Positions 38,763 to 52,371 of a stretch of DNA of 64,000 nt are shown here, piece after piece. The notes beneath the pieces are model-generated. The model made no database searches. It was not told where the DNA came from and saw only the letters and a program-made list of their open reading frames with translations. The stretch's first letter is position 1. Each line of letters opens with the position of its first letter. Location: positions 37,760,001 to 37,824,000 of the forward strand of contig NC_087436.1 of the NCBI RefSeq assembly GCF_036321535.1. Reading direction: 5' to 3'. The translations under genes were made by a program, and so were the position numbers. The DNA comes from Camelus dromedarius (lineage: Eukaryota).

Positions 38763-41273
38763 TTTTCCCAAGCAGCTCCCTTGGTGTATTCAATTTCTGT
38801 TCTGTCTCCAAAACTGCGCCATTATGGAATTTGGCACCAGAATTGACCCTTTTAATAGTTAAAAGGCATGCTGCATCTCCAAAGTTACTGTGGCATTAAA
38901 GACAGTTATTACAATTTGTATTTTGACATTGAATAGGAGCTAGCTGTCGTGAGACTTGAGAGAGAGCCAGTGGACTTGTCTGAAAAGAATAGGACAGGCC
39001 AAACACTGTAGCTCGCTAAGTATTCAACAAATTGTCCCTGACAACCTAAAATATATTGCCTCTGTTTTAAAAATCAGCATCTATTTTAAGCACAAAATTG
39101 AGATATTACAAGTATTGTCCATCTGCTTGGATATTAGCAAAATAATTATTTTCATTTCTCGTGGAAGCAACTTAGCAACCACCCATTAGGACTGTACTTA
39201 GCAGTGACAAAACTATGAAAGCAGCTGTTTTGTAACATAAACAGTCTGATACTTTTAACTTTGATTTTTCATGAACTTTTAAAAAGTAATTGATGTGTAA
39301 GATAAAATCTAGGCAAATAATAATAGAAACTGTTTATCAAAAACTCTGCACAAAGGGCAGTTTTAGAGAGTTTCCTTCTCCATGGGTTCTATACATGAGG
39401 TTTCCTGAGAACACTGGACCAGGATTCAGAAGAGTCTGGGATTTACAACCAACTAAGCCATGTGGCTTTAGGGAAATCTGTTACCGCCCATTGTCCTTCT
39501 TTCCCGTTTATAAAATTCGGTGGTGATAGATTTGAAGAAGATTACATTATAGGATACCTCCTGTCATAAGACATTGTCTTTTGTAGAGGTCTCTGATTCT
39601 AAATTAGTACAAGTGAGGACAGGAAGAATTCCTTCACCACGACATTTCCCGTAGCTGCTGGCACTACCCTTCATACGGTGAGCATGCATGAGCAGCATTC
39701 CTGTGGGGCACAGGACCACTATGGCTTGGGGAGCGTATGTGGTGGCCCTTACGAAAGGTGCTCTGCTCACCACAGGAGAAAATGACCCCCTTTAAAATGT
39801 ATCATCCACTTCATCTGTGTTAAGGTAGCAAAACATAATTTACCATATCTGTACAAATCAGTATGACATCTGAAATACTTTTTTTAAAAAAAAGGAAAAA
39901 TGAACATGTACCCAATGGCCGTGTAACCAAGCAGCTCGGAAGGAGAACTTTAAAACTGACAGAATCCCAGAGATGGTCTGTGCTTTTGGAAGGACATTCA
40001 ACTTTATCAAACATATTATTGCACAGCAGTGTGTTAAATGGGACTACAGTGAATCAAAAAGTTATTGCAGCTTCTGAAGGTGATGGTCTTGACTCTCACA
40101 TATTGCTTAATGCCTGGGAAACCCTGAGAACCAGGCCAAGTCAATTCAACCAAGCTTTTACTTTTCAGCCAGCTAAGATGATGGTTTCTATATAGTCTGG
40201 ATATATCAGAGAATTCTTTCATGGCCCCGGTGAAATTTGCCTTTTAAAAATTATGCGAAAATTAAATATACATTGTGAAACTTCTATCACTCATAAAGAA
40301 AAAGAGAAACCTATTAAAAAATAAAGCTCTTATTTACTAATGTGTTTAGATTTTAGAAGTATTCAGGTGAACTGAGGACAAGAAAGAAAAATTGTTCTTA
40401 ATTAACAAAAGACCTCGAACGTAGCTAATATGAAAGTACCACTTTGTCTCGCCTAAGTTCCAGGATCGCTGTGTTGAGAACAGGATATTTAGAATCCCAA
40501 GGACAGCCACAGTGTCATTGAGGGGGGAGGAATCTTTGAGGACACTTCATTCAAGTTCACTATCTTTATTTTTCAGGTGCAAAAAGAAATTGAAGAACCA
40601 GGGAAATAAAAAGAAAGTTCTCATGGTTGAAAAAAATGAGTGGAATTGCTTAGACTAGATTCCAAAATCCTTACTAGAATATAAATCACCAATTGTTGGG
40701 GGCAGAAAACAGTCACTTGTGGATTATTTTCCAAAAGGAAACAAACTTTTTGTCTTATTTATGATTTCAAAGCAACTCATTCTTAAAGACCATTTCAGAT
40801 TTCCTTAAGAATGTGTGTGTAACCTATAATTGACAACTTCAAACTTGTAAGAAAAAAAATTACTATTATTTTTAGAGACCGAAAGTATTCTAATCTGGGT
40901 TTGCACGCACACACAAATGGAGGCAGTAATAGTGTTAGTCAATTGCTTTAATAGTAAGTCCTGCATTTTTTTAAATCTAAAATCATGTAGAATGTATAAA
41001 AATTACAGAAGATAATTTTCTTGGTTAAATTACTTTATAATTAATGTCTAGATTAATTTTTTAAAGCATGCCTTAAAGGATTAGTGCTGGAAAGGACATA
41101 CACATTGCTTTTTCTAGTTACTCAGAATACATTCATAAAACTTACATGATTTTTGTATCCTGAAAAGCCAAATGAAGTGACTTCAAATAAAAAATCACTT
41201 AGATGAAATTTAGAGTTTGAAAATAGTTTAGTGGTTCTTAATAGTTTGGGAGGTGTAGACATCTTCAGTGAAA

Positions 41274-41309
41274 ACACACACACAAACACACACACACACA
41301 CACACACAC
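41274..41309. repeat. Interrupted (AC)n microsatellite
   Basis: Read directly. Confidence 0.9.
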
Positions 41310-44300
41310 GCTTAGTTTTGCACACAATTCAAGGAATTTGTTGAGCCTGAAACAATCGGGATCTCTTCCAACACTTTACTAACCCCTCTGAGGGATCATC
41401 TAGTTCTACTACCTCATTTACAGTTGAGGAAATCGAAGCCTAGCTGAGGCAAGAACCCCGATACCCGTACTCCCAGTTTCATGTTCCCTCTGGGACTCCA
41501 TTTGAAGCACTTCTTCACTCCAGAAAACACACAGCAGGGCACCCAGAGTATGTGTCTCAGTCTCTCTTCCCTGCCTGGCTTCAGAGCAAAACAAGACAAA
41601 AACTAGCATCTAACCTGAAGAACAAGGTCATCTGAAGCACCTCCAGCCACTTCCTTCCCCACTTCAATGCGGTGCAAGAAAGATAACGTCGGCTGGGAAC
41701 TTGCCTTTGGGTCCTCCCCCCAGGCGCAAGTGAAGTGACTGCTGCCAGACTTCAGCTGTCCCCTGTTTGTAGTTGTCCATGGGACCTGGGAGGCATCAGA
41801 GTACACTCATCATTCTGTTTTCCCCAGAGAGCTGTAGCCAGAAAAATACGTTGCGGCTTGGGATTTGGGGCTTTGTTGTTGTTCTGAAGGTGTGAAGTGG
41901 GAGAGAGGAGAGTAGAGGGAGGAAGTGGAGCATGGAGGAAAGTGGAGTTTCATCTGATTTCTTTCTTTAAGTGGCCTGAGAGATCAAGGGAAGTGAGAGA
42001 TCTGATACAGCTTAATTATATTAAGGTTTTGGATTCCGTCCTACACGCAACCTGACACTGGAAAACTTGACTGACATCACCATCCACCCTATTAAAACTG
42101 CATCCCACTCTTTGCTAGGAATGGTTGATCTTGCATCAGGGTAAAGTTTCCTTCCTTTCTGTTTATTTGCCTTCCTCTTCCTCAGCCTTTGAGAAATAAG
42201 CTTCATAATCAAAATTGAGAGATGCAGTTACTTAGAATGGCTTTTCGTATCCACCCTTATACTTCTTGCAAAGGTACTTTAAAATATTCTTTCAAAGTAT
42301 AAAAGAAGTTTAATAATTCCAGGATTGAAGAGTGTGAGACCTTAGGCGTGATTGCATTGTTGTGTTGTCATTATTCAGATAATAATGAAGCTTGTGTGGC
42401 ATCAATTAGAGGGGAGAAGACTAATGTAGGGAGGGACATGGAGACCTAGTAAAGGACCCCTCAAAAAACAGAAATAAGAATGAATGAAACTCATCATCCC
42501 ATTGTGCTGCAGAGGAGAATTTTCAGAAAAGTGTAAAGTTTTCCGGAAAACTGTTAGAAGTGTAGAGTCTAGAAACTTCGAAGCCAGGACACATCAAGCA
42601 GCTTCCCAGGACGTGGACGTGTCCCAGGATTTAGAATGTGAAACAATTTCATGAATTGAGACTAAGGTGCAAAACAGAGAAGTCAGAGCAGATTGGTTCT
42701 TGTTATGGGTGATGAGATCCAGACAGAACAAAAGGAAAAATAACCGTCTTACAACTAAGAGAAGCAATGAATGCATTGCTTTATTTGTGAGCCTGCTATT
42801 ATTGTCAGAAACTGTTGAGTTTATAAACGGCAATTTCAAAATGTTTCCAGTCTTTCTCTTGTGTAAATAGTGCCAAGATTAATGTCCAATCAAATTGTCA
42901 TAATTTGGAAAGGAACAAATACCTATTTCTTGTCTATAGTTATCTCTTGTTATAATCCTTCTCCCTTGTGTAAATAGGGTGGTGCAGAAGAGTATAAACA
43001 GTTGTTTTAAGATACACTTGATGAGACCTCCAAACATCCATAATTAATTATAACTCTGACAGAGTTTATCCTCTGAGAACAATTATTTATAATAAACAGA
43101 ACCAAGTACACTAATACAGAGCAGGGTTAGAGGTTTGACTGTTCAGTCTCAACCTTTCCTATAAAATGAACTCACATCTATTAAATAAAATTAACATAAT
43201 GCTACTTTTACCATGCAGGCTGGAAAATGTCCCCAGTGCCAGATCAATGAGCATTTTTTTTGGAAACAGTATGTTACCCTCAAAAGCCACAGAGATGTCT
43301 CATAGGCCTCTATGTTTGTCTGACCAGTTTTGAGCTGTGGATCCATCTGGCTAAAATAACTGGATTGTGGCTGGACCATTTAAGAGTTATAACAACAGAT
43401 AGTTTGCTGTGTGAGCAATTTGCTAGGAGCAACTGGCGTAGTCACAAAAATGGCCCGTTTCCAATGACTGAGTTTCCACGTATCATAGCAGCCACAAGTA
43501 GCCTTAGTGACATTGAACATTTCCTGCTTTTTCTGGATGTACTAAGAACTTACTTGAGACCAGTAAAGAGGCAAATGAAACAAGTAAGAGAGACAAATAT
43601 GCATATATTTTTTAAATAACCAAATAAAATTCAACCCATTTTATTATAGTAAAATGTCATTTTAAAAATATGATTTTAAAGAAATAACAGACTCTTTGAG
43701 CTATTTTTAAATGGTGGTATTGAATATCTCCTTCCTGCTGAATAAAGCTTGCTACTCTTTCTCAAATAAAAGGGCCAAGTTCTAAATTACAGGCTGCCGA
43801 ACTTTGCCTTTTTCCATCACGCACACAGTCCCAGGTTCTCTTGGCTTATCCATGGGTGCTCTCCAGGTATGGGAACAGATGACAAAGAGGCGAAAGCAGG
43901 GTAAGATCCCAGCACTCACATTTAAACTACTTGCCTTTTGTCATGTTCTGTTGACTAATGGAAGAGAGCTGAGCTTCAAATACAGCTGTGTGCTTCACAC
44001 ACTCGACTGCTCTTAATACTGAACTCCACTCGCTTTGCCAATTCCACGGGCAAGCCTTCGGGAGGCCTGGGTTGAAACGTGCAGATAAACACTCGGTGCT
44101 GGAATTGTTGGTGCCAAAGCATACAGAATACTTATGCTCTGCTCTGGAAATCTTGGAAGAATGGAACTTCTGTTTCTAATATCTCTGAGGATCTAAAACA
44201 GTTCTTAGACAACTTACTATCTTTCATAAAACTCACTCCTACTTTAAAAGTCTCTTGGTGGCTTACCTATTTTAAAAAGAAGAAAGGAATATTTTTTGAT

Positions 44301-44489
44301 TCCACAGAGTTTTCTCTATTGAAATCAAAAAACAAGCTAGTAAGAGAAAGGACAGCAGTGAAAAGAGCATGGAAACAGGACTTAGGACGTGTTGTTTTTT
44401 TTTAACTTCCGTCGTCTTGAGGTTTCTCTTTTGTCAAATGAGGAAGGAGATGCTTTCTAAAATTCTTTTTGGAAAAACAGGGAAACCAA

Positions 44490-44720
44490 ACACCTTTGGG
44501 CACATACTGAGTGCCAGGCATGGGAAATACAATTATTTAAGCCCCATAACAACCCTGAGATGAAGACATGAGTGTATTCTCATTGAGCAGACAGAGAACC
44601 CAAAGAACAGAGACATGACATAATGTGCTCAAGGTCACAACATGCATAAAAGATGAATACATCTGGTCCAAATGTGTGTATCTTTCTAGTTCCATTTGTG
44701 CAGTGTGAGCTCTAGTGCTT
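44490..44720 (-). mobile_element. MIR-like fragment
   Basis: GTGCCAGGCA...CATAACAACCCTGAGATG...TGTGCTCAAGGTCACA. Confidence 0.55.
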
Positions 44721-45342
44721 ATTGGTGAACTTGCAGAATAGAATACATGAGGAATAAACTGATAAAAGTGGGGAAAGTTCAAACATATTCAAACCTTGGA
44801 CTAGACATTTCTCAACAAATCCTCTTTGACATGGATAAACATGAAGAGCTAGAGACAAAAGAGGAATAATTCACTAAGTATCACAAGGTTCCTCTCACTG
44901 TGTAGATTAGTTCCATTTAATGGTGTCTTATGCTGTATCACAAAGACCTTTCTTGGTATTTGCTTATGTATCTTATTATATAGTTTGTTGTAATTGCTTA
45001 CATATGATAAAATGCATCCGTAATATGATGCCAATAAACCTTTATTTAATGCTTTTGTGTTTTAGCATATAGAGTTGTCTGTGGTTGTTTGGGGTTTTGT
45101 TTTGCACAGATTTATCTTGAATTTGATATTTTGGCCCACATTCTGTGTCACGTTGATCTCATTCTTCTTTAAACATGGGTTCTTCCCAGACCTTCTCCTC
45201 AGATGTGTAAAATGTGTATCAGCGTAAACACACGGTGATGGTCTACATCAGTTACATATTAAACCATCCGCAAGTTCCGGGTTGCATCATCACCCACCTC
45301 TCCCATGTTCATTATTGCGTACTCACTTCCTCTCCCGGCAAG

Positions 45343-45817
45343 TGACAGACTCTCCCCTTCACCTCTAGACAGGCTCGTCTGAGCTGCCTAGACCTGAACC
45401 TTCAGCATCCATCTTGGGAGGGCTGGCATAGCCCAGGTTTCGCAAGAATCCTGCTAAGTCAGTTTAGTGGGAATCCGTCACCCTGGACTCTGATAACGCT
45501 GGATGTCTGAGCAAACTTCTCCTCCCTCACCACCCCTCAGATAATATCTTAGCACCTGGCCTGCCTTCAGCAAGAATCCTGTTAGGTCAGTTTAGCCAGA
45601 ATTACCATACTCCCAGAGCAATTTTTCACCCACTGACCCCTCCTCCCACCCTGCTCTTAGGGTAGGAATCCCTAGTTTTCTGTGTTGTATCTGGAGTTGA
45701 GCCCAGTCTTTCCCACTGCAAAACCCCATCACAGATGTCCCTGCACCTATGGTGACAGTCCTGAATAAAGTCTACCTTACTATTTTAACAAGTGTCAGAA
45801 TAAATTTTTTTTTAACG
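45343..45817 (+). mobile_element. Solo ERV1-class LTR (MER31-like)
   Basis: Starts TGACAGACTCTC, has the internal repeat AAGAATCCTG(C/T)TA(A/G)GTCAGTTTAG twice, AATAAA at ~45764, ends TTTTAACG; CAAG direct repeats at 45339-45342 and 45818-45821. Confidence 0.8.
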
Positions 45818-46879
45818 CAAGTGAAATACTCGCAGCCCTCGTCTTCATCCTGCGCCTCAGCAGTACCTTTGCGGGAGTGCTCACCTGCAATTCGGAGCAC
45901 TGCCTAGGGGTCAATGCGCACAGGACACCAACAGTCAAACAGGTTATTCAAATGTAAGTTCAAAAGGAGATGTTTCTAAAGCCCAGTTTAGGTGATTTTT
46001 TCATTAACATTTACATGAAACACTGTTTCGGAGGCTCTGTGTTTCTGCTCTACATGAATCAAGTTGACACTGGCAAGTAAAGCTGAAACTCTACGTAGAA
46101 ATTGTCCCTGAGTCCACGTGACACGGAGGTTGGGTTAAAAGCAGGTCATCCCTTGGCTTCTCTTTTACTGTCCCCCTTGTAAACTCCTACCCTCCCCCCC
46201 CCCCCACTTAATACAGTGAGAGCGAGGAACCAAGTTCTTTCAAAACAGTTCTTCAGTCTACATGTTCCTTGAATCCTAACCAGTTTCCTGTTAGGGGTGG
46301 AATAGTGAGGAAGGCGTCTCTTACCTGTTCACCCAGCACTCCAAATATCTTCAAGCCACCTTGAGGCTTTCTCCCTTACAGGCTGCTTTGGAGTGTTGAG
46401 GGAGGGGACTGAGTGGCAGGCACCTTAAGAGGGCAGAGACTGGTTCTGGATCTTGGTCCTCTCGGGGTTAAACGGCACGATACTCTTCTCTGACAAGAGC
46501 TTGAGCAAGTTCCTTTAGAATTCCCATTTCATGCAACTCCAAGTTCTGGTTCAATGCCGTAACCATTGAAAGTAAAATGAAACTACTCTCAAGGGATCTA
46601 TAGAGGACTGAACTAAGAATTGCAAAGTATTTTTAAAGGGTAGATAATAAAAATGATTATTGCATCTGCATTTTGGGTAAGATAAAATGTACAGTGAATG
46701 CCAACATCTGGTTTCTTGTGCAAGTCCTGATTTTATACGTATTTACAAGAAAATTATGTGTATTTTATATAAATACACAGAGGATATAAAGTTATTTACA
46801 AAACCATACATAGAGTATAACCATAAAATATTTGTCTTGGATTTATATTTTCATGTCCCAGAATAAGAATGTCTTCTAA

Positions 46880-48000
46880 TTTTTCTTTCTCAGACTGCCT
46901 TTGTCTGGTTTTCTTGTAAAGGTTTTCTTCGCTTCACAAAATTAATTTGAGTGTTTTCCTTCTCTCTGTCTTCAGAAACAATTTGTATCCTATTAGGAGT
47001 TATTGACTTCTTGAATATTTGATAAAACACACCTGTGAACCATCTGGTTCTATTATCCTTTGGAGCTTTGTGACTTTTTATTATATTTATTTACTGATAG
47101 TATTCTACTCAGATTTTTCTATTTTTTCCTGAATCAAAATTTTAATTCATACTTTCTTTAAAATGTGTCATTTCACTTAAATTTTCAAATGCACTGCTCC
47201 AAATTTGTTCATAGTATTATATTATGTTCCTTAAATATTTTACATATTTATAATTTTCTTTCCTTTATTATTTAAAATTATTTGTGGCTAATCATTTTTT
47301 AAAAAATCTTCCCAAGAGCTTGTCTATTGTTTTATTTTTCTTAAAGAAAGCAGCTTCTGGTTTTGTTAGGTAGTTAGATGAGTTGGGTCACCGGACAGAT
47401 AAGGTGGAGGAGAGGGAGGATGGTCTGGAAGATGGCACTATGCCCACCTGCAGCAAAAAGGGGCTTTACTTCATTTAAATGAGTGCCAGCAAGAAACCAA
47501 GTAGAATCTGATGATTGCAGTTGTGCAGTAGCTACAAGGACCTAACCAGACATGACCTAGTGTTCATTGTAACATAATTAGCATTGCGGTTTAAATCCCC
47601 CACCATGGGTTTTCCTGTGTGCTTCATGGGTAAGGACTTGCACAGATGGGGATGAGCATGACTAAGCATTCTAGAGGTTTGTTAAGCAATCAAAAGACCA
47701 CCTCTAAGCGAGGGTATAAGAAAAAGGGAAAAGCAAAGACTGCCATTTTCCCCCCTCGGATCAGCCTGCCTCCCATTCTTAGGGGTGTACTTTCCCTTTG
47801 CTAATAAATCTTTTAAAATCTTTCACTACACAGCACTCCATCTCCTACCTTAATTTTTTCTTTTGGGTATGACAAGGCGTAGGGTCTTTTCCCTTCCCCT
47901 TTTGGGGTGACAGTTTTATTCCTCTTCTAAATAATTTCTTTGTTTTATGTTTTGTTAACTTCTAATGTGGTTCTATTGCTTCCTTCCTTCTATTTTCCTT
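46880..48000 (-). mobile_element. Old L1 fragment interrupted by an LTR
   Basis: T-rich L1 antisense motifs (CACCTGTGAACCATCTGG, AAAGAAAGCAGCTTCTGGTTT). Confidence 0.55.
47364..47912 (+). mobile_element. Solo ERV LTR with 4-bp TSD
   Basis: TGTTAGGTAGTTAGA...GGGGTGACA termini (TG...CA), TATA-like GGTATAAG at ~47713, AATAAA at 47803; GTTT repeats at 47360-47363 and 47913-47916. Confidence 0.85.
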
Positions 48001-48039
48001 GCATTTAGCTTATTTATTTTTACTTTTTTTTATTTTCTA

Positions 48040-49030
48040 ACAGAACAGTTTAATGTATGCAAATTTTAAGAAATCACTTAGAAGGTCAAGGGATCCGAGA
48101 AAAGAATACCAGTGTTGGCCAGAGGATCTAACTATTATAAATGCATGAAACAACCCCACTGAGAGGGATGCATGGGAAAGGCTGCTGACCTGAGTACCTT
48201 TGGAAATGAATGGAATTTGTAAGACTAAGCAAAAGAAACTTACACGAGCCTTACAGTCCAGTGGATGAAGTCGTTTCCCATGAGGGTAAGTATTAACAAT
48301 TCTGAACCGTGATACATATATACTGGAATTGGACAACTGGGTAAATGTATGGCAGCTGGGGAGGAAGATTTCTCATTGTTGAAATGGGAGTTTACTGATG
48401 AACAAGGAGAGGAGGCTAGAATAATCCATGTGGTGATGAAATTGAGTTGGAGATGCCAGTATAAACATGTGTTTAGAATAGTACAGATATGGATGGTAAC
48501 AGATAGAAACTGTTACCCGTATGTGTATGTGCATGGATTAGTGTACACACATATCTCTGTGCTCCGTCAGTGAGAGGGCATCGAAGCAACGAAGCCCCAG
48601 TAGCAATAAGCACAGCTGCCACCCAGTTCTTGGTTTCTGTCAGTCTACCTGCACTGCTGTAACAAAATGCCATACTGTGGAGCTTATAAATGCAGAAATG
48701 TACTTCCTGCACTTCTGGAAGCTCTTAAGTTCTGGAGCCCTCTTAAGGGTTGTAGAAGTCAGCTTCTTGCTGTGTCCTCACTCAGCAGAAGGGATGAGCT
48801 GGCTCTCTGAGGCCGCTTTTGTAAGGGCACTAGTCCCATTCACGTGGGCTCGTGACCTAATCTTGACCTAGTGACCTACTCATACTCCAAAGGCCCCACT
48901 CTGGGTATTAGGTTTTCGACGTGAGAATTCTGGAGTGGGCACAAACACTCAGGCCACAGCAGTCTCTACTACCATTCTCCATAAAGGAATCAGGGCTTCT
49001 TGGAGAAATGGCTGGTTCTATGATTGGGTA
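48040..49030 (+). mobile_element. L1MC/L1MD-like 3' region interrupted by a MaLR LTR
   Basis: CCCCAGTAGCAATAAGCAC...CCCAGTTCTTGGTTTC | TACTACCATTCTCCATAAAGGAATCAGGGCTTCTTGGAGAAATGGCTG resembles old L1 3' UTR. Confidence 0.6.
48638..48961. mobile_element. ERVL-MaLR solo LTR (MLT1A-like)
   Basis: CTGCTGTAACAAAATGCCATA...CTTCTTGCTGTGTCCTCAC...AAGGGCACTAGTCCCATTCA...CCAAAGGCCCCAC...ACAAACACTCAGGCCACAGCA; 5-bp TSD GTTTC/GTCTC. Confidence 0.85.
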
Positions 49031-52000
49031 TATCAGAGGGAAAAACCGGACATAGTCACTCCCCTTCCAGAAACCCTAATAGTCTACTGAACACTAAACT
49101 ATTCTTTCTGACAATCAAGTTGAGGCAAGTGCCTACTGAGGTTAACTTCTAGCTCCAGCAGGAGCAATATACAGCCAGCAGAGAGGTGCCCAAATATTTT
49201 CTCAGTCCCAGATATTTCAGCTTGGTCAGGAAAGGAAGAAGAAGGTATCTGATTCTTTAGAAGCAGTTTCAATCATTATGATATAAATTTATGTAAAATA
49301 AGAAAAGGACCATGACTTTGATTCTGACTTTTGCACACATGTTAAAAGGTAGACGTCCTTCCCCTCAGCATGTCCCTCTCGGGCTCAGGGTACAGCAGAA
49401 CCTGGATCTTGGGAGCAGATGGGAGCTGCAGCTCAAGCACGGCCACAGGACATTCAGCCAGAGCCCAGCGTTATGGCACCTCAGGGCCATCTTGTTATGA
49501 AGTGAGCAGCAGCTAGAATTTTGCAAAGCATTCGGGAAGGAAATTTTTAATGAAATCTGTGTATGTTTAAGCCCATCTATACTGACTACATGTGAGACAC
49601 ACATCTTCGCCAAGCAAATAAAACTTAAATTAGCACAAGCTTAAAGTCAGACAGCTTTAAGTTTCAGTGCCAACTCCTCCACCTATGAAGTTCACCAGGG
49701 ACAAGGTGCTTAGTTAAGCAAACCCAGGATCAGAAAGGTTAAGCAAACCACAAAACTCATACAGCTGAGCCTTGAACTCAAGTCTGATTCCAACACAAAG
49801 GACTTTTTTTTCACTTCCCAAAGCTGCTTCCTCAGCAGAGAGAGCCCTGAGGGACAGGGCAGAGTCACCACACATGGACAGTTGTCCATCCCCAAGACAG
49901 GAGGGCCCAGAGTGCAGAGGGCTACACCTTGCCATGCTCCTTACTGGTGAACTAAAGTGCTAGTCTCTTCCCTCAGCGTGATTGATTCTCTTTCATTTTG
50001 CAACGTGTAACAGCACATTCAAGAAGTGGATCAAGGGCAAAATAATAATCACACAAAAAATAAGGTCAGGTTTTCTGTTTCATCACAAAAGCTGAAAAAA
50101 AGCTTCTTCTTTCCTTTGGATTTTGCATTATTTTATGATGTTGAGCCCATTTGAGAAAACCCATGATACTCTCGGTTGACACAACAGTGTTTTAGATGCT
50201 CATCAGCAAATCTGGCCTTCTCATTAGGGGGCTGATTAATAAGGGCAGGCTTTAGGTTCTTTATGCAAGTTCAACTATAACCCTCATACAAGAAGGATCA
50301 GGAAGAGAAAAGGATATAAGCCCTCTTAAAGTGAGAATAACAGTTTTATTTAAAATGTTCTGCATAAGCTGAGACATACAAAAAGCAGTGACAACAAAGA
50401 CTAATACCATACTCCTATGGTGAGTCAGAGAGTCAAGAGAACATGCACGCCACCAGTGGGGAGAGTACAGAGGGCTTTTGAGATCCCAGGCAGGACGCCA
50501 TCTTGCTTTCCCAGATTTGTGACGGAGGTTTATGTGAAAGGTTATTTTCCCATCTCATCAGGGATCACAGGAATCTGCACATTCATGGGAGTCAGATGCT
50601 CCAGAGAAGTCTGGGATCAGCACACTTGACCAAATTAAAGGCTCGATGTTTCCCCTCATGTGTTGTTGTTGATCGCTTGGAAAGCCAATATTTCCAGTCC
50701 ATTTACTTTAAATTCATTCCACTCCAAGGTGTTATTTTGCATGGCCAGCACTCCTGTGTTACCCCTGGCACAGCTGTTGATTTCCCTGTAATTAAAATCC
50801 TTGTGGGGAGAGCAGAAAGCTGGCCTTTTACATCATTTTCTCATTAGTTTGGTCTTTCATTCCTATTGGATCATTGTTTAGGCTTGTCACAGGGAAATTT
50901 TCATTAGGGTCTTTTGGCTGCAATGTTGTTTTAGCAGAGCAAATAGGATTGAGAAACACAAACAAATATCTTTTCATCATTTTCAACTGATAAAAGAAAG
51001 AAGCTACCAAACAAGACAACCTTTAAGGGTGTTATTTCAGCTGTATTTAATATTTGATCTTCAAGTTTAGGTAAAGACTCTCTTGTTTAAGAAAATTTTA
51101 CAAGTATTAAGTCAAAATTTTAAGAGAGTCAGTTGAGTTTTCTTAAAATCTAAGTGCCAGAAACTCAAGAATGTGGAAACTACCTCTAGGTCATTGACTT
51201 TCTTTCCTTGATTATGGCGTTAGCCTTGATTGCAGATCCAATGATATGACTGAAAATTGCTGTCTGGGGCCATTGCAATCCTTTTGATTTTTACTATTTT
51301 TGACCTTAATCACCTCTTCCACAAATTCAACTTACCATATTTAAATACCTATTTAGGTATATATGTCAATAAAATATATGCCTATATATCGACCTCTAAA
51401 TTTTCATCTCCTGTAGAAGCCCACTTCTAAATCTGGCTAGATATGTTACTGCTAGGTCAAACAGAGCAGAGTAAAGATAGCTATTTCCCCCCTATAATTC
51501 TGCTCTGGACTGACCTTTATCACCAAGGCATTCAGGGAAGCCTGGTACCAGGCATTCACACATAGTTAGATTATACTAAGGAGCCATAAATAAACTCAAG
51601 GTTGCTGACACCACTGCAGACATCAGGATCAAAAGAGGAAACTGCACTGAAACTTAACCTGATTTCAGATAAGAAACTCTTAGCCTTCAAATTTTTTTTT
51701 TCTTTATGTTGACATTAGTTTTAGTAAAGTTTCCCCTTACATTGCCTTCGCCTGCTTACAAATCAGAATGGAGTCCCTGGAAAACATAGCTATAACATGG
51801 TCTTGGAAAGCATATGCATTTTGAAACTGTAAAAATTCAATGACTTCCTATTGCCCATATCACAAAATAACCATGGAAAATTTATCACTGCAATAAAAAA
51901 AGAAAAAGTATGCATTAGTAATAACCTAGGCATTGGGAGCTGGCAAACCTTACCATTTAAATGTATTATCCAAACATTATACTCTACCAAGGGCCAACTA

Positions 52001-52348
52001 AAAATGACTGTTTGCAAATAAAGGGTAAATGCCCCTCTTTGGGGTCTGCTTAATGTCATGACTTGAGCTTCTGTGATTAGTTTCTTTAACACATGCCTGT
52101 TCTGAGAAGCTTATGTAATGGTCCTGCTGTTTCAGTCCTCACTTAATAAAAACATTCTGTGATCCTCCACATTTACAATATAGATAATGTGGGTGCCTTG
52201 AAACAAGAGTTGTAAATCTGCAGTGTTATGAAGCAGATGGATTCAAATGATGAGAAATGAACAATATACTTTGTCAGCAATTCAGAAACAGATTGGAAAC
52301 AATCTCACCCCTCCACACCAAGTAACTTCTAGCAAGTCATAAAACCAC

Positions 52349-52371
52349 AGAGAGAGAGAGAGAGAGAGAGA
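52349..52371. repeat. (AG)n microsatellite
   Basis: Read directly. Confidence 0.9.
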
